Part shown: in pieces, positions 16,558-36,857 of the stretch | Numbering within the stretch: the first letter of the stretch is position 1 | Layout of the letters: the number at the start of each line of letters is the position of its first letter | Assembly (NCBI RefSeq): GCF_009914755.1 | Contig: NC_060926.1 | Reading direction: 5' to 3' (one strand) | Source of the DNA: the human T2T-CHM13v2.0 reference genome, Homo sapiens | DNA length: 64,000 bases | Program-made: the position numbers and the translations under genes | Notes under the pieces: model-generated | What the model saw: only the letters and a program-made list of their open reading frames with translations | Told to the model about the DNA's origin: nothing | Database searches by the model: none

Positions 16558-17153
16558 TAAATACCTTTAAACCAGAGCAGGAAAGAAGAGCACAGACCAC
16601 TTGCCAGCTGTTGGTCAAAACCCAACTCATGTTCTAATGGTTTTCTTAAAGATCTCAGTAAAACTTCCCAAGCTGCTGGCTACTGCATGTTGCAAAGGAA
16701 CACTATTCTGAAATACCAAGTTAACAACATATACCTTTCTCAAGAATATTTAAACTTCAACAGTTATGCAAAAGTTTCTCAATCTACATAAATTCTGGTT
16801 TCAAAAACAGCATTCACGGTGTAAGCTATGGGAAAAAGAGGTGTGTAAATGAGGATCATTCATGATCTCGTTCAGAGAAATGGACTTAACATTTAGCCTG
16901 TGTCAATAACAGTTGTTAGAGTATTAGAAGACAGAGTATAAGCAGTTTTTATGAAACTTTAAAAAAGTAACATAGTACAAACAGTACATTTTAGAAACAC
17001 CTGGTCTAGTCTCAGAAAGGTTTCTAACAGCAGTAGCCAGGGCTGGCAATACAGAGCCAGCAAGGAGAACAGAAAGTCTAAACATCTGGCGGCTTGCTGT
17101 CATCAGAGAGGCATGCAGAACACCTGAAAATCAGAAATGTCACCACATATTAG

Positions 17154-17416
<263 letters not shown>

Positions 17417-18804
17417 TAAGGTTTAGTGACAATCACTAATAAGTGTAAGAAAACAATTCATTTTCCTTTTCAAATAGAGAATGACTGTTTTTATTTTTAC
17501 CATTTCTTTCCATTTATCTTGCAATACCACTTTCAGTGCTTTAATAATTTTAAAGGCCAAATTTCTGCATCAGGCTCAACAATAAACTTCTCCAGCTACT
17601 TCTAGCTGCTTTCATAAAAACTCTTTTATACACAGGTATATGCTCCACCTACACCACCAACTTTCATTCATTAAGTATCTCCTTTGCGAAGTGCCTGCCC
17701 TGCATTGAAGGAGCTTGTTCACACAGAGAAAACAGACATGCATATTAGTAAGTGACCACTGACTTGCTGGGACCCAGCATAAAAATGCAAATACAGTACA
17801 AATAATATAGGGATCAGGGAAGGCTTTTGGATGTGACAAAATCTGAACTGAATTTTGAAGGATGATGGATGAATAGGAGTTTCCAATAGGCTAAGTACAG
17901 AGAAAGGAAAGAAAGCCAGGTGTACTTTGAAAAGCATTTCAAAAAGAAGGAAGGTGGCCAAGGTTAGGTCAGGGCACACTCCGAGGGTGTGGAAGGGCTG
18001 TGCAGATAGGGTGTATATCCCAGAGCATCAGAACCAAGGCTGGCGAGCTGGAAAAGGAACACCACGTGCCAGAAGCCAGCCACAGCAGACACTCAAGAGA
18101 AGCTCCTCTCACTGGTTCAACTTGAAATATAAATGAAGAAAGAAAACAAAATCACACACTCACATATGCAGCATCCATACTACCCAACATGAGCACTTGA
18201 AACAATATTTGGTTCTGGAAGAAGTGTCCGTGGGAATGACTTTTTAAACACTCAATACACAATTGACACTTGTGGCTTCTCTTTTTCACCTTGGAATCCC
18301 ATTGCCTAGGACAATTCCTGCCACTGGATAAACAGGTGAGCAGTGAATCAGTGCATGAATCTCAAGGAAATAGTGAAGAATTCCCCTTCTGGAAGCGACT
18401 GCATATCCAGCCAGTCTTCCAAGGGGCAGTCCCGACCTTCAGCGCCAGGAATTTTTTTAATGGCCTGCTTTGTTAAGAAGCAGGAATATGTTCTCCACTT
18501 TGAGAAATATTAAGCCATCAGTGATAACACTATGTTTTCTAAACAACTTACAGTAGTAAAAACCCTTTAGTGGCTATATAAAGTGAACTATACAGGATGT
18601 TTCTTGAAGCAGTAGAAAAAGTGAATTCTCCAGATCTAATCCCCTGCTAGCAGTAGCATATATAAGTAATCAAGTGTCACCTGGTGTCATCTCCACCATT
18701 TATTTAAATCTGTCCAACTCTTCCTGTTAACGGCCCTTCCTGGGAGCAGCGCTGAGTCCCTGGGGCCAACTTTATCTTGGAAGAGCCTGCCAGGCCTCAC
18801 TTAC

Positions 18805-19033
18805 GTTCCTTGCCCAGGAAGAAGGAGTAGAAGCAGAGGTGGTTGATGCTGAGGTACAGCCAGCCCTGGCGGGGCACCCTGCCCTTCCAACAGCAGCAGG
18901 AGTAGTAGGTGACCAGCTTCTCCGCCTCGGGGAAGTTGAACCTGGCCTCGAACTTCACCAGGGCTTCTCGGAATTTCTCGGGTTCCTCCTCCTGCTCGGC
19001 GAGCCTGCTGCTGGTCTCCTCGGCTATCAGAGC
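18805..19033 (-). CDS. TBC1D8: TBC1D8 coding exon (probable exon 4), 229 nt, first GRAM domain
   Basis: Acceptor tgtcag|GCT, donor AAC|gtaagt; [10 protein letters not shown]...[39 protein letters not shown]; phase 0 to 1. Confidence 0.97.
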
Positions 19034-19323
19034 CTGACACACAGAGATGACAGTCCCTGCTCAGTGAGCCAGCAATGGGAAGGCAGGGGGTGCAAGGGAC
19101 AGGAAGCAGGAGGGACTGAGGTGCACAGGCCCCCGAGAAGTGTGCGCTGCTTCAACGACAGACACACCTGACGAGGAGAATGGCTCAGCCGTGTCATCCG
19201 TCAGCCACCCAGACACACGGCTGCAGCAGAAAAAAAAGGAATGGCAGTCGGGGTCAGAAAACCCAAGAACCAGTCTCTCACTCGGCCACTTACCGATCAT
19301 GAGGCTCTGGGCAAATCATTTGA

Positions 19324-20109
<786 letters not shown>

Positions 20110-20885
20110 TCATGAAGATCTTCCTTATTAGGTTCAAAAATGTTGGTATTTAAGGCTACTACCTGCCTGACTGTGTGGCTCACTTTGTAGCCTTAAATGG
20201 ATATTGGCCAAGGTTCCCAAGGTCATAAATAACCTCCAAAGCACTCAGGTCTATGGGAAAACAAAACATCTAAATCTATAATTTTTTGCCAAAACTGAGT
20301 AACAAGTAGTGTCCTTCATAATCTGGGGTGGTGGTAGAAGGGCCTAGAATTCAAGCTTGTGGCCTATTTGTTCCTAATTGACAACTCATTGCTAACATCA
20401 GAAATCTGATTTCCCATCCCTGGGAGCTCACCACAAAATCCTTCCCTGAGAATATCTTCTTGGTACCTTCATGTGAGCAGCTGTTTAGGAACTCCTGGGC
20501 CCCAAGCCTCACATGTGCTACCTGATTATAAAAATACATTTATAATTCAAATCCCAGCTACTCAGGAGGCTGAGGCAGGAGAATCATGTAAGCCCAAAAG
20601 TTTGAGGTTACAGTGCACTATGATGGCAACTGTGAACAGCCACTGCACTCCAGCCTGGGCAACACAGCAAGACCCCATCTCTAAAAATACACACATATAT
20701 ATAAATACTTCTATCATTTATTTTTATTAACATTTCTCTTTTTTTTTTTTTGGTAGGTATGTCTCATGAAAAGCTATGTCCCTCAAGACAAGACTACTTT
20801 TTGGGTATTGTTATGAAACCCTGCACTACTTTATAAGCTATTTTCAAAATCAAACCCGAGCACTGACATTAAAATAACAATGTAA

Positions 20886-21192
<307 letters not shown>

Positions 21193-21752
21193 TAGAATTA
21201 TTTTTAAAAGAAATCTGGAGGCTGATGAAATTTCAAGTGATTTTTATTTTCTTCATTATGTTTTTCTCTATTTCCCACATTTCATTTAACAAGACATTAT
21301 ACATTAATGAAGTTCTAGTTAAGAGAGATGAGTATTTTTGAAAAGCATATCTAATATATAATGAGTGCTGAGCTCTCCCCTTGCCCTGGAAGTGAGGCGT
21401 GGAGGGGTCTTTATGAAGGCTCCGGAGCAGACAGGCAGCAGGCACGGCTGCAGGGTGGTACCCAGTGGCTCCTGATGCAGGCATGAGGTGGCCGTGCTGA
21501 CCCCTGCCTTCCTTGAAGTGTGGTTTCTGGTTATAGGCACAGCTTGAAACAGGGATTTTTTAAAAGTTTTGTAGAGTCATCAAAGGTTCAGGATATGAGT
21601 AGGAAAGCCTCTATTCCCAGATCCTTAGGATTTGGCCAGAGGAAAGGGAGATCAAATGTCATGCTGTGCTCCCAGGCTCAGGCCAGGCAGGCCCCTCACT
21701 CCCCAGCCCTGCCTCCTCAGGAATTATTTTTCAAAGCATTTTAGCTTCAAAG

Positions 21753-22648
<896 letters not shown>

Positions 22649-23593
22649 TTAAAATCACTGTAGCGAAAGTTAATTTTCTTCCTCCAAATTAAGAAGAGCA
22701 ACACCTAAATCAAATAACCACTACAACTTGCATTAGACCAAGAAACGCAGGGTAAGTGTGAAAAATAGTGCTGAATGGGGCCTTTCTGTAGCTACCCCAG
22801 TATGATCTGACCCAGGGAAGTGAGCCACAGTTGGCTGGGCCAGGATGAGGGCTGACCCGAGCCCACCAACGCCTAGCCCACCCCCTAACCCCACAGGCCA
22901 GGTATAACTCCAAGAAGACATTGTCAAGCTGGCTGGACTTGGGATGCCTTCCCTTTCACCAAATCCCACAAGTAACCCCCAGTCCCCAAAGGAAAAAATT
23001 TTGTTCCTCCAAAATCAAAAATCTGCTTTGACACCCTTTACTAAAAGCCATAGCACTTGACGTATTAGAAAGCCAAGCTTTTTGCAGAAAACAAACAAAA
23101 TCGAAGGGCTAGGAGGTTTTACCCTAAGGAAGGAAAACTGTATCATACGCTAATGTGTTAAAGTATTTAATGAGAGAGTTAAATTTAGAATGAGAAACCA
23201 TCTCTCCCAACCCGATGGGGCTTTTAAAGCACTGATTACCCATCATGTTATTGCAGTGAGGCCAGTTATATAAGACTGTAACTCACAGGAGGTATCACAG
23301 ATACCTCCAAAAATATTCCTCTCTTGCCAACTCAAAACTTAATTGGCTTTCATTACATTTAATTTACATATTTTAAGAATAAACATCCACTTCTAGCAGG
23401 AGGAAAGTGGTAGATCCAACAGAACAGTGTGACAAGATGTCACAACTGCAAAAAAAAAAAAAAGGTGATTTAAGAAGTCAAATAATGTGTTGCTCTGCGG
23501 AAACATAAATCTTAACACTATTTTTTTTTCCTGGGATAAAAAAAGGCCTTCACTCCTGTAAAGGATAACAAAAACTAAGTCTGAGAATAAAGT

Positions 23594-23903
23594 CTTTTTT
23601 ATTTTTTATTTTTTTTTTTTGAGACAGAGTCTCACTTTGTCGCCCAGGCGGGAGTGCAGTGGCTCTGTCTCGGCTCACTGCAAGCACCACCTCCCGGGTT
23701 CACGCCATTCTCTTGCCTCAGCCTCCCGAGTAGCTGGACTACAGGTGCCCGCCACCATGCCCAGCTAATTTTTTTTGTATTTTTTAGTACAGATGGGGTT
23801 TTACCGTGTTAGCCAGGATGGTCTCGACCTCCTGACCTCGTGATCTGCCTGCCTCGGCCTCCCAAAGTGCTGGGATTACAGGCGTGAGCCACCGTGCCCA
23901 GCC
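23594..23903 (-). mobile_element. AluY
   Basis: AluY diagnostics; TSD aagtcttttt. Confidence 0.92.
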
Positions 23904-24117
23904 AAGTCTTTTTTTTTTTTTTTTTTTAACATGTCAGGTGTATTTTGCTAGACTGACTACAAAGTTAAGACAGGTGATAAATGAAACTTATTTGGCATTA
24001 CGTATTGAGCCAAAAGTTCAGTTAGTAGGAAAAACTGTTAGTATGCTACAGTGTTCGGAATGTCTTAAGGAAGAAAGATGGAAAGATGGGGAGAAACATG
24101 AAACTCAGGGGACCTAC

Positions 24118-24236
24118 CTTTACCTTCCCTTTGACAAAACTGGCAATGTCATCTTTATTATCAAAGACAGACAAGGTGTGGAGGAGATTTTGTTCCAGCC
24201 AGTCCCAGTGCTGATTGATTTCCTCTAATGTTGCAC
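24118..24236 (-). CDS. TBC1D8: TBC1D8 coding exon (probable exon 3), 119 nt
   Basis: Acceptor atccag|GT, donor AAG|gtaggt; ATLEEINQHWDWLEQNLLHTLSVFDNKDDIASFVKGKVK; phase 1 to 0. Confidence 0.96.
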
Positions 24237-24355
24237 CTGGATTCAAACAGAAAAAGATACAGAGATTAAAAAATGCAATAGAAGTAATTCCTAGAACGTT
24301 AACTCATTTTCCAAATATTGTGTATCCCCATGTTGATGTTAAAACATCTGGCCTT

Positions 24356-24808
<453 letters not shown>

Positions 24809-25589
24809 CTATGACCATCCCACCCACCCTACTAACGCAAAGAACTCTGACCATCTCCACTCAAATGACAGAAACATTTCTAATGATTCAGCTACTCCGG
24901 CATGGAACAAGCCCTGAGTAGCAGACCAATCCTAAGCAGCCTTGCAAAGTTCTCCCATGAAAACAAGGGTGCCTTCAAGAAGTACTAAAGCCCAAGTCCA
25001 CGGAGGAATGAGCCTCTTGCCAGGGCCAGGGACTGCCACTTGCACCCAACATTGCTGCAACACAACAAGCAAGGGCCTAGGAAATTTACAGCTTACAAAT
25101 GCATACTTCATATCATTTATAGCAATGACCGTTAAAAACATACATAAAAAGAGGTCTTACGGTACATGTTAAAATAGAAACACAAAAGCATTAAATCAAA
25201 GGCGTAAATTCATTTCTTTCAATGACAATTTTTTTAAATCACCACATTATTAAAGCATTAAGCAAAAAGCTTAGTCATTTTAGTTGTCTGTATTTCCTCT
25301 CTATTCTCATCATCTCTACTGGACAATGGGCACTTTAACACAGGGACTACTTCCAGCTCCTCATGAAGGGCCTGGCACACAGCAGATGCTCAGTAAGCAC
25401 ACGACTAGAAGCACACACGGTCCTGGACAACAAAAGGCACGTGGGCATCAGGTGTTTCTACTGTAGGCAGGTTTCCAAAATGGGAAGCAGGAGATATTCT
25501 AACCTCAAAGAAATTAGACAACAACAGAGCTGAATCATCTAGCCAGTGTGAGAGGGATATGGTGCCCAGAGCCACACACCACTTACTCA

Positions 25590-25925
<336 letters not shown>

Positions 25926-27339
25926 TCAGTCATCTTTCTCTCTGCATGTTATGTGCAGCCTTCCTCTCCCTGGAATGTAAATATAAACACCCCACACAAG
26001 AAGGTGCCAGGGGACCGGCTCTGGACTTGTGGCTGCTTTGGAGTCCATGAGAATGAAAAACATCTATCTGTAGTAGGACTGTTGTTCTGAGCGGACACTT
26101 AGGGAAGGAATAAAAAGAAGTATCTAATAGAATATTTCATAAGGAATAATGAAAGTTTAAAACAGTGGTGCCTATTTTGTATTTCTTGGGCAAGGCATTG
26201 GCCAAAGCAGTATCCTTCAGTCATCACTAAAGCCAGTGTTCTCATCAGAGCTGGGAGGGCCAGCCCAGGCTTCTCTCTGCCTGAGGTCTCTATTCACAGG
26301 CCATGACTTCCCCGGTCCCTACACCAAGAGCACTTAGTCAATGACCCTGCCCTGCTGCCCCTCGGTCCCACCTCCCGTGTCATGCTCTCCATGGATCACA
26401 GAAGTCCAAGCAGCAGCCCACTCAGGTGTAGCAGAAGCTTCCTCTGAGGTGAGGGGTCCCGGTCCTCTTGCTCTCCACTTCCTGCCATCTGGGAGGGCTC
26501 CTGCGGTGTCACAAAGCCCCTGGCCCTTCAGGCTCCCCATCCCTCTTACAATCAGGAAAGCTTATTTTAAAACAAAATCAAACCCAGCTACTCTAGGCTC
26601 CCCAGCATGACTCTCTTGAAGCTTCCGACCTTTCCCTACCTGCACTGAGGCCCAGAGCGTCTGCTTGGTTCCTCAGCTGGTCGTAACACACGCCATGCTG
26701 GCCCGACTTAGGGGTACATCTGGTTTACCTGCCTCTGGCTTAAGTCTCCCTGCCCTGTTCAGTGCTCCCAGGTGGCAGGTGTGTAGGTGTCAGCCACAAG
26801 AACACCCTCGTCTAAATCCAGTGGGTCAGCAATGGTGTCTCTCTATCACATCACTAAGTCGGGTTCCACCCAAGCTGATAATCTTGCACAAGCACCTGGG
26901 GTAGCCCAGGGCTCTGCTTTTCCTGGGTACTTTAAGACCTTTTCTTTCTAGGTCTTTATCCTTTATTATCCATTACAATAAAACCTGTCACTCAGAATAA
27001 AGAAAAAAAAAAAACAAGTGAAGAATAAGCTAAAAAGGGAGCATTTTATGGGACCTCGATCTTTTGCTATTTGTTTTCATGGACTCATTGATCCAGAAGA
27101 AGAGAGAACTAAGAGTTGCAGGAACGAAGAAGAACTAAAGCAGGGAGAAGACTCACCTTTGTGGTGCTAGTCTGTTCCAGATGCTATCTCACAGATCTGT
27201 GATGAAGACTGAATGAGGAAATGGAGGCTCAAGTATTTGTCCAAAATCATATCAAATGAAGGGCAAACCAGGGCATGAAATGACTCTCTACAACTTCAAA
27301 GTACTCTAGGGTCCTTCCATAAAAAGCTATATTTGAATC

Positions 27340-27635
27340 ATTATTATTTATTATTTTTTTGGAGATGGAGTCTCTGTCACCCAGGCTGAAGTTCAGTGGT
27401 ATGATCTTGGCTCACTGTAACTCTGCCTCCCGGGTTCAAGTGATTCTCCCACCTCAGCCTCCCAAATAGCTGGGACCACAGGCGCACACCACCACGCCTG
27501 GCTAACTTTTGTATTGTTAGTAGAGACGGGGTTTCACCATGTTTGTCAGGCTGGCATCGAACTCCTGACCTCGTGATCCGCCCGCCTTGGCCTCCCAAAG
27601 TGCTGGGATTACAGGAGTGAGCCACCGCGCCCAGC
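27340..27635 (-). mobile_element. Alu (AluS)
   Basis: Dimeric Alu. Confidence 0.9.
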
Positions 27636-28770
27636 CCTGCTAATTTGAATTTTTAAGTATCATTTACATCATCCTCAGGCCCAGTTCTTGCTATGGCTGG
27701 GCATTAAAAAAGATACTTTGTGCTTCCACTTACAGCGAGCTGTCTCCCTCCACTCCCATCCTCCCAAATGCATCCTTTCGGACGACCTGATACAGGTTTT
27801 CATTTATCCTGCTATTAAGCTCACAGGGGCTAACACCGTTAACTGATACCAGCTAACCGCATGCGTCTTCCTCAATGATAACTTTAGATAACGTGAATAA
27901 ATTATCATCAAGCTCCAACACAATATATCCCTATGGAATTAAGATTTGAGACAAAGTCATCAAAAAACTAGACTTTTATTCTTTAAAAAATTCATTCTAA
28001 CCTATTAGGAAGGAGCTTATCATAGAGAAAGATAATTCTAAAACAAAAACAAACCCACACCTTAAAAGAGAAAATAAACCACACATAAAAAAAACTATCA
28101 CTGAGCTATAGTAAGCTTTTGTTCCAATCTACCCTGCTCCTGAATATAAGACATAATTGTATGCTTCTCCCAGCAAAGACAATCAATATGATGAAACTTT
28201 TCCACCCTACTGGCTTCTATTTCCTACACAAGTTGCCAAATGGCAGGGAAATTTTCCAGACTGTAATTTCCTCTGCAGAGAAGTCTTATGATGGGTTCCA
28301 CAAATTCCACAAATCAATGCAAGCCAACTGCATGTCCGTGACCGCAAAAGATTAAAAGGGAAAGTCCTTTAATATATGTCACATATCACAGTTCTCAAAC
28401 TACACTACAGCAGTTTTTCAAATTACATAAAGTAGCACATCTGAAAATACCTTTTTTCAAAAAAAAAAATAGAAAACAGAATACATGCAAACTCCTAAGG
28501 ATAGCTACTGATTTGTAAAATATTTGTTAGAGTTATGCACACACATGTGAATATATTTCTGTCTGTGGGTCATGGCCAAAAAAAAAACTGAAAGCCACTG
28601 CATTATAGACATACCAGCAGTGGGAAGGGTAGAGAAGAGAAAACAAGAAAGTGAGAATGTGTCATCCATTGAAGACGCAGGATGATAAAAAGCCTACAAA
28701 TTAACTCAGTACCACAGCAATGTTCTCACTGCTGCTTCTGCTGACTTTCCAAAGCCAAGACAGAGGAGAG

Positions 28771-29170
28771 CTGCTATTATGGCCTGAATTTTGTCTCCCC
28801 AAAATTCATGTTGAAGCCCCTGCTCCCAGTGGGAGTGTGTTTGGAGATAGCACTTTTAAGGAGGTATACGGTTAAATAAGGTCATTAAAGCAGGGCTCTA
28901 GTTTGGCCTGACTGGTGTCCTTATAAGAAGAGACACCGGGGAAGTGCACCCATGGAGAAAAGGCCATGTGAGGACACAGAGAGAAGGCTGCTGTCTGCAA
29001 TCCAAGGAGAGAGGAGACCTCACCAGAAACCAACCCTGCTGGCACCTTGATCCTGGACTTCCCAGGCTCCAGAACTGTGAGAAATCAATGCTTGTTATTT
29101 AAGCCACTCAGTGTGTGGAGGGGGATGGAGGTGAGGTAGAGGTGGGGAGCAGCTCTAGCAAACTAATGCA
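28771..29170 (+). mobile_element. MLT1 MaLR LTR
   Basis: ctgaattttgtctccccaaaattcatgttgaag...ctccagaactgtgagaaatcaatg...aactaatgca. Confidence 0.8.
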
Positions 29171-30697
29171 GCTGTCTAAAACCAAAATTTATAGCAATAT
29201 TGTGGACCATCATGGAAGTACAATTAGTGAAACTACGCCTGTCTTATTAAGACCTCCAATTTTTCAAAAAAAGACTTTTTCGTTTTCTAAGAAAATGAAA
29301 GTCCAGTGAATCTTAAACTTCACCCACATAAGAAGTCAAAAGTCAGAGTTATAAATGCCTCTGCAAAACTAAAATTCAGTATTAGAAACCTCAGGTAAGA
29401 CCACATAACGAACAACACTGATGACTTAGGAGTAACCAAATCCATGTTCTGAGAACAACCAGAGGTGGTCAACAGAGGACATCTTCTGGATGCCTGACAT
29501 GTGTCAGGAATTTTGTTCCATATACCATACACATAATATTACTTATCTCCATAAAATACATAAAAAACAAGGTAACTGCCAGTATTTTAATTTTCTAGGT
29601 GAGAAGAGCAAAGTGAAAAAAATAACCAACCCGAAAGCCAATTCATCTGACTCGGGCCTGGCTCTGCCCATGACATCGTCATGGATGGAAGCTCCCAGTG
29701 GCTGAGTCACACTGAAACGCACACACAATATTTATTCTCTTAGGTTTTTCCCAGAGGTGTTTTCAGGAAATAAAACAAGCATCTCATTGTCTATGCCCAC
29801 AGCTCCTGCATGGACACTGCCACAAAGAACTTGATCCAAGCTTGTTTTCAAAAGCAGCTGCTTCTCTCTGCACAGTAAATATCCAACTGAATTAAGTGCC
29901 TTCTCCAGCCACCTAAGTCCTAATCAACAATGAAATGGGCATTCTGTGTGTATAGTTCAGATCTGTTCCTCTGAAATGACAAGACATTTCTCTACAGGCC
30001 AAACACTAACCATCTACTGTCTAAATGCCTGGGCTAAAAGCCATACAGACTACAAAGGAGCTAGTTAAAAGTTAACTGTCATGGCAATGTCATTCCCAAA
30101 TCTCACTCAACACTCACCCTGTGCAGGGTAACTCAGGATCAAAGAATTCAAGCAAAAATTACAAATGAAGGAGGGAAAGGGTTGGAACAAAAAGCCTTTG
30201 ATTTTCAGAGAGCTGACATTCTTCAAGTGGATACTGTAACATCTAATCTGTAAGTCGAAAGCAGTATCTTTACAAGAACATGAAAAAGTTCAATGATCAT
30301 CCCATCATCATGATTTACAAGATTTTCAGTCGGGTATATTTCTCACTATAGAGTTTAAGAAAATAAGCTTTAAATGTTTCTTTTTACAAAATTTCCTTGG
30401 CTTTTTTTTGCCTTCAAGTGAAATTAAAGAGTCCTAAAAGTGAAAAACAGACAAACTTAATCTCTGCAACAATAAAATTAAAATAGCCTTTTAATTTATA
30501 ATTGAAGTGGTCATTAAAATGTCCTTGTAATAGTACCATTAGACATACTTTTCAGAAATAAAAGCAGGAATAGAAGACACAGGAAAAACATGATGTGATC
30601 AAATGAAAAATCAGTAAGTAGAAACAGAGTCAGAAATGACACAAAAAATAGAATCAGTAGACCAAGACATAAAACAGCTATTATAAATATACTCTAA

Positions 30698-31666
<969 letters not shown>

Positions 31667-33403
31667 TCAAAGTTATACTGACACTATACTGTAGTCTATT
31701 AAGTGTGCGATTGCATTATTACGAATCCTCCCATCTCCTCTCTCCTGCTGTTTCTGGTGGCCTCTGACCATGTATTTGTATGGTGTTGGAGATACAGCCA
31801 GTGGCTATGGGAGGAAGGTGCTTTCTGGCTGGCAGAGTGTTTACGACTTCAGTTCTTACATCAAATGCACCTTGCTAAATCTAAACAACCAGCTGTCTAT
31901 TAAAATAATGAATCCTCCTCTCTTATAAGGTAGACGTACAGCCATGACAAGGTACTATACTGGCCTTTAAGGCATTTTGTTCCAAATACTGCATGGGAAG
32001 AGTAAAATGTTCTCTCTTCAAGAGCAGTGGTGACAATCACAGATGACCAAGCTTGAAGAACACAGTTTTCACAGACTGTCGTGGGGGACGTTGAGATCAG
32101 GGACAGGCATACCTTGGAGATAGTGTGGGTTTGGTTCTAGACCACCACGATAAAGCAAGTATCACAATTAAGTGAGTCACTCGCAGGTTTTTAAATTTCC
32201 CAATGCATATAAAAATTATGTTCACAGTATGCTGTTAGTCTATTAAGTGTGCGAAAGCATTACGTCTTCTAAAAAGTACATGTCTTACCTAGAGAATACT
32301 TTATGGCTTAAAAAAACATTCATGATTATCTGAGCCTTCAGCAAGTCATAATCTTTTTGCTGCTGGAAGGTCTTGCCTTAATGTTGATGGCTGCTGACTG
32401 TCAGTGTGCTGGCTGCTGAAAGTTGGGATGGCTGTGACAATTTCTCAACATAAAATGACAATGAAGTTTCTGGCACGATTGACTCTCTCTTTCACGAAGA
32501 TGCTGTTGGTAGCATTTTGCCCACAGTAAAACTTTTCAAATTTGGAGTCAATTCTCTCAAACTGCTGCTTTATGAACTAAGGTTTATGAAATACTCTAAA
32601 TCCTTTGTTGTCATTTCAACAATGTGTGAAGCGTTCAACAATGTTTCAACAGCCTCTTCACCAGGAGTAGATGCCCTCTCAAGAAGCCACTTTCTTTGCT
32701 CATCAGTAAGAAGCAACTCCTCATTCGTTCAAGTTTAATGAGATTGCAGCAATTCAGTCCCATCTTCAGGCTCCACTTCTAATTCCAGTTCTCTTGCTGT
32801 TTCCACCACATCTGCAGTGACTCCCTCCACTGAAGCCTTGAACCCCCGAAGCCCTCAAAGTCATCCACGAGGATTAGAATCAACTTCTTCCAAACTCCTA
32901 TTAATGTTGGTATTTTGACCTCCTTCCAAGAATCACAAATGTGCCTCAGGCATCTAAAATGGCAAATCCTGACTATGACCTGCGGCAGCAGCTGAGACAC
33001 CTGCGAAGGGATGCATCTTTTCTTCTGTAGGCTTGAGTCAAGAACTCTCGGTCTTCTTGGTAATACCGGGTTGGATGTCAAAAGTTGCAGAAAAAAGACC
33101 AGAACGTTCAGGAAAAAACTTAACTGTATCCAGCAATTCAGATATAGCGAAAGTGAAGTCAATGTTCCAGGAAGTTCTTCCAAAACAAAGGTAGTTGTCT
33201 CTGGAAGATGGAACCACAGTGGTGGTATGTAAACCCAAACTTTTACCCTTAAAATCTCTGACTCTGGTAAAATTAGAGAAAATGCACCAAGCAGCACAGG
33301 ATACAATTCGCCAACAAGAAATGGCAGAAAAGGAACAATGGCAAATAACCCACTGGATGATACCTTAGCACTTTAGGGAACAATCTGCCTTATCTACTAT
33401 TTA

Positions 33404-34372
<969 letters not shown>

Positions 34373-34614
34373 TCATATAAATAATATAAAAATGCCCAAG
34401 ATTGATAGAACTTGTATTGTGAATTTAAACACTCTGGTTTGTATTAAACATAGCAGTTAAACTTTGAACCAAATTTTATGGGATTTTTTTTCTCAAGTCA
34501 TGTTTTTAGAATTGCAAATTAAATTATTCACTATTCTTATCGCTTTCAGTTTTACAGATAACATTCTTGGACACAAGGAACTAAATACAACATTTATATA
34601 CAGAGCATGTTTAC

Positions 34615-36109
<1,495 letters not shown>

Positions 36110-36857
36110 TTATTGGGCCCTGTGGGGAGGCTAGAAATGTGATCATTCTTTAGTTAATTGTTATTGACTGGTAGGTGATATTTTCTCAGATATTAAGTAA
36201 ATGTAAAGCTTTGGGTATTTGGAGAATAACTTTCTATAACACTAACCATTATTTGATAATAGAACTTAAGAATGATGAAAGGTATTATACATTTTAGAAA
36301 TTTAACCCAGGTCTAGATCAGAGTAGTAAACAATGGAGAAAAGTGTGCCTGTGTTTTTCCCCAGTTTAATTTTAAATAATTTACTATTGTACTCTCATTT
36401 TAAAAGTTTGCAGGGAAAAAAAAAGTTTTCAAGGCACACAGATTAAATTCACTAAGTTCAAATATGCATCCTTATATGATTTAAAATTTGCTGTGTGAAA
36501 TTTAAAAGTGTTTTTAAAGATCTAAAATAAAGGTACTACAAATTTAAAAAATCAAAAAATAAAATGGTGCTTTCCAGAACGTTTTCAATTTACTTTGCCC
36601 AGATGAATCAGAGGAATCACAATTCATCTATGCAACTATAGCCTTATGAAATGTATTTCTTAAATAATAAGACTTGAAAGTCAAAATTACTCCTTGACCC
36701 ATGGGCTGCAGAATGGATGTTGTATTAGCAGGCATGAAAGCAACATTAATCTCCTTGTACATCTTCATCAAGCTCTTGGGCAACCAGGTGCATTGTCAAT
36801 AAGCAGTAATACTTTGAAAGGTATCTTTTTTTCTGAGCATTAGGTCTCAACAACAGG

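Noticed and set aside
33011-33232. 73-aa plus-strand ORF over the retrocopy
   Set aside because: Different frame from the BBIP1-like frame starting at 33075; no support for translation
32779-33306. 175-aa minus-strand ORF
   Set aside because: Antisense of the BBIP1 retrocopy running into Tigger1 remnant; no coding signature of its own
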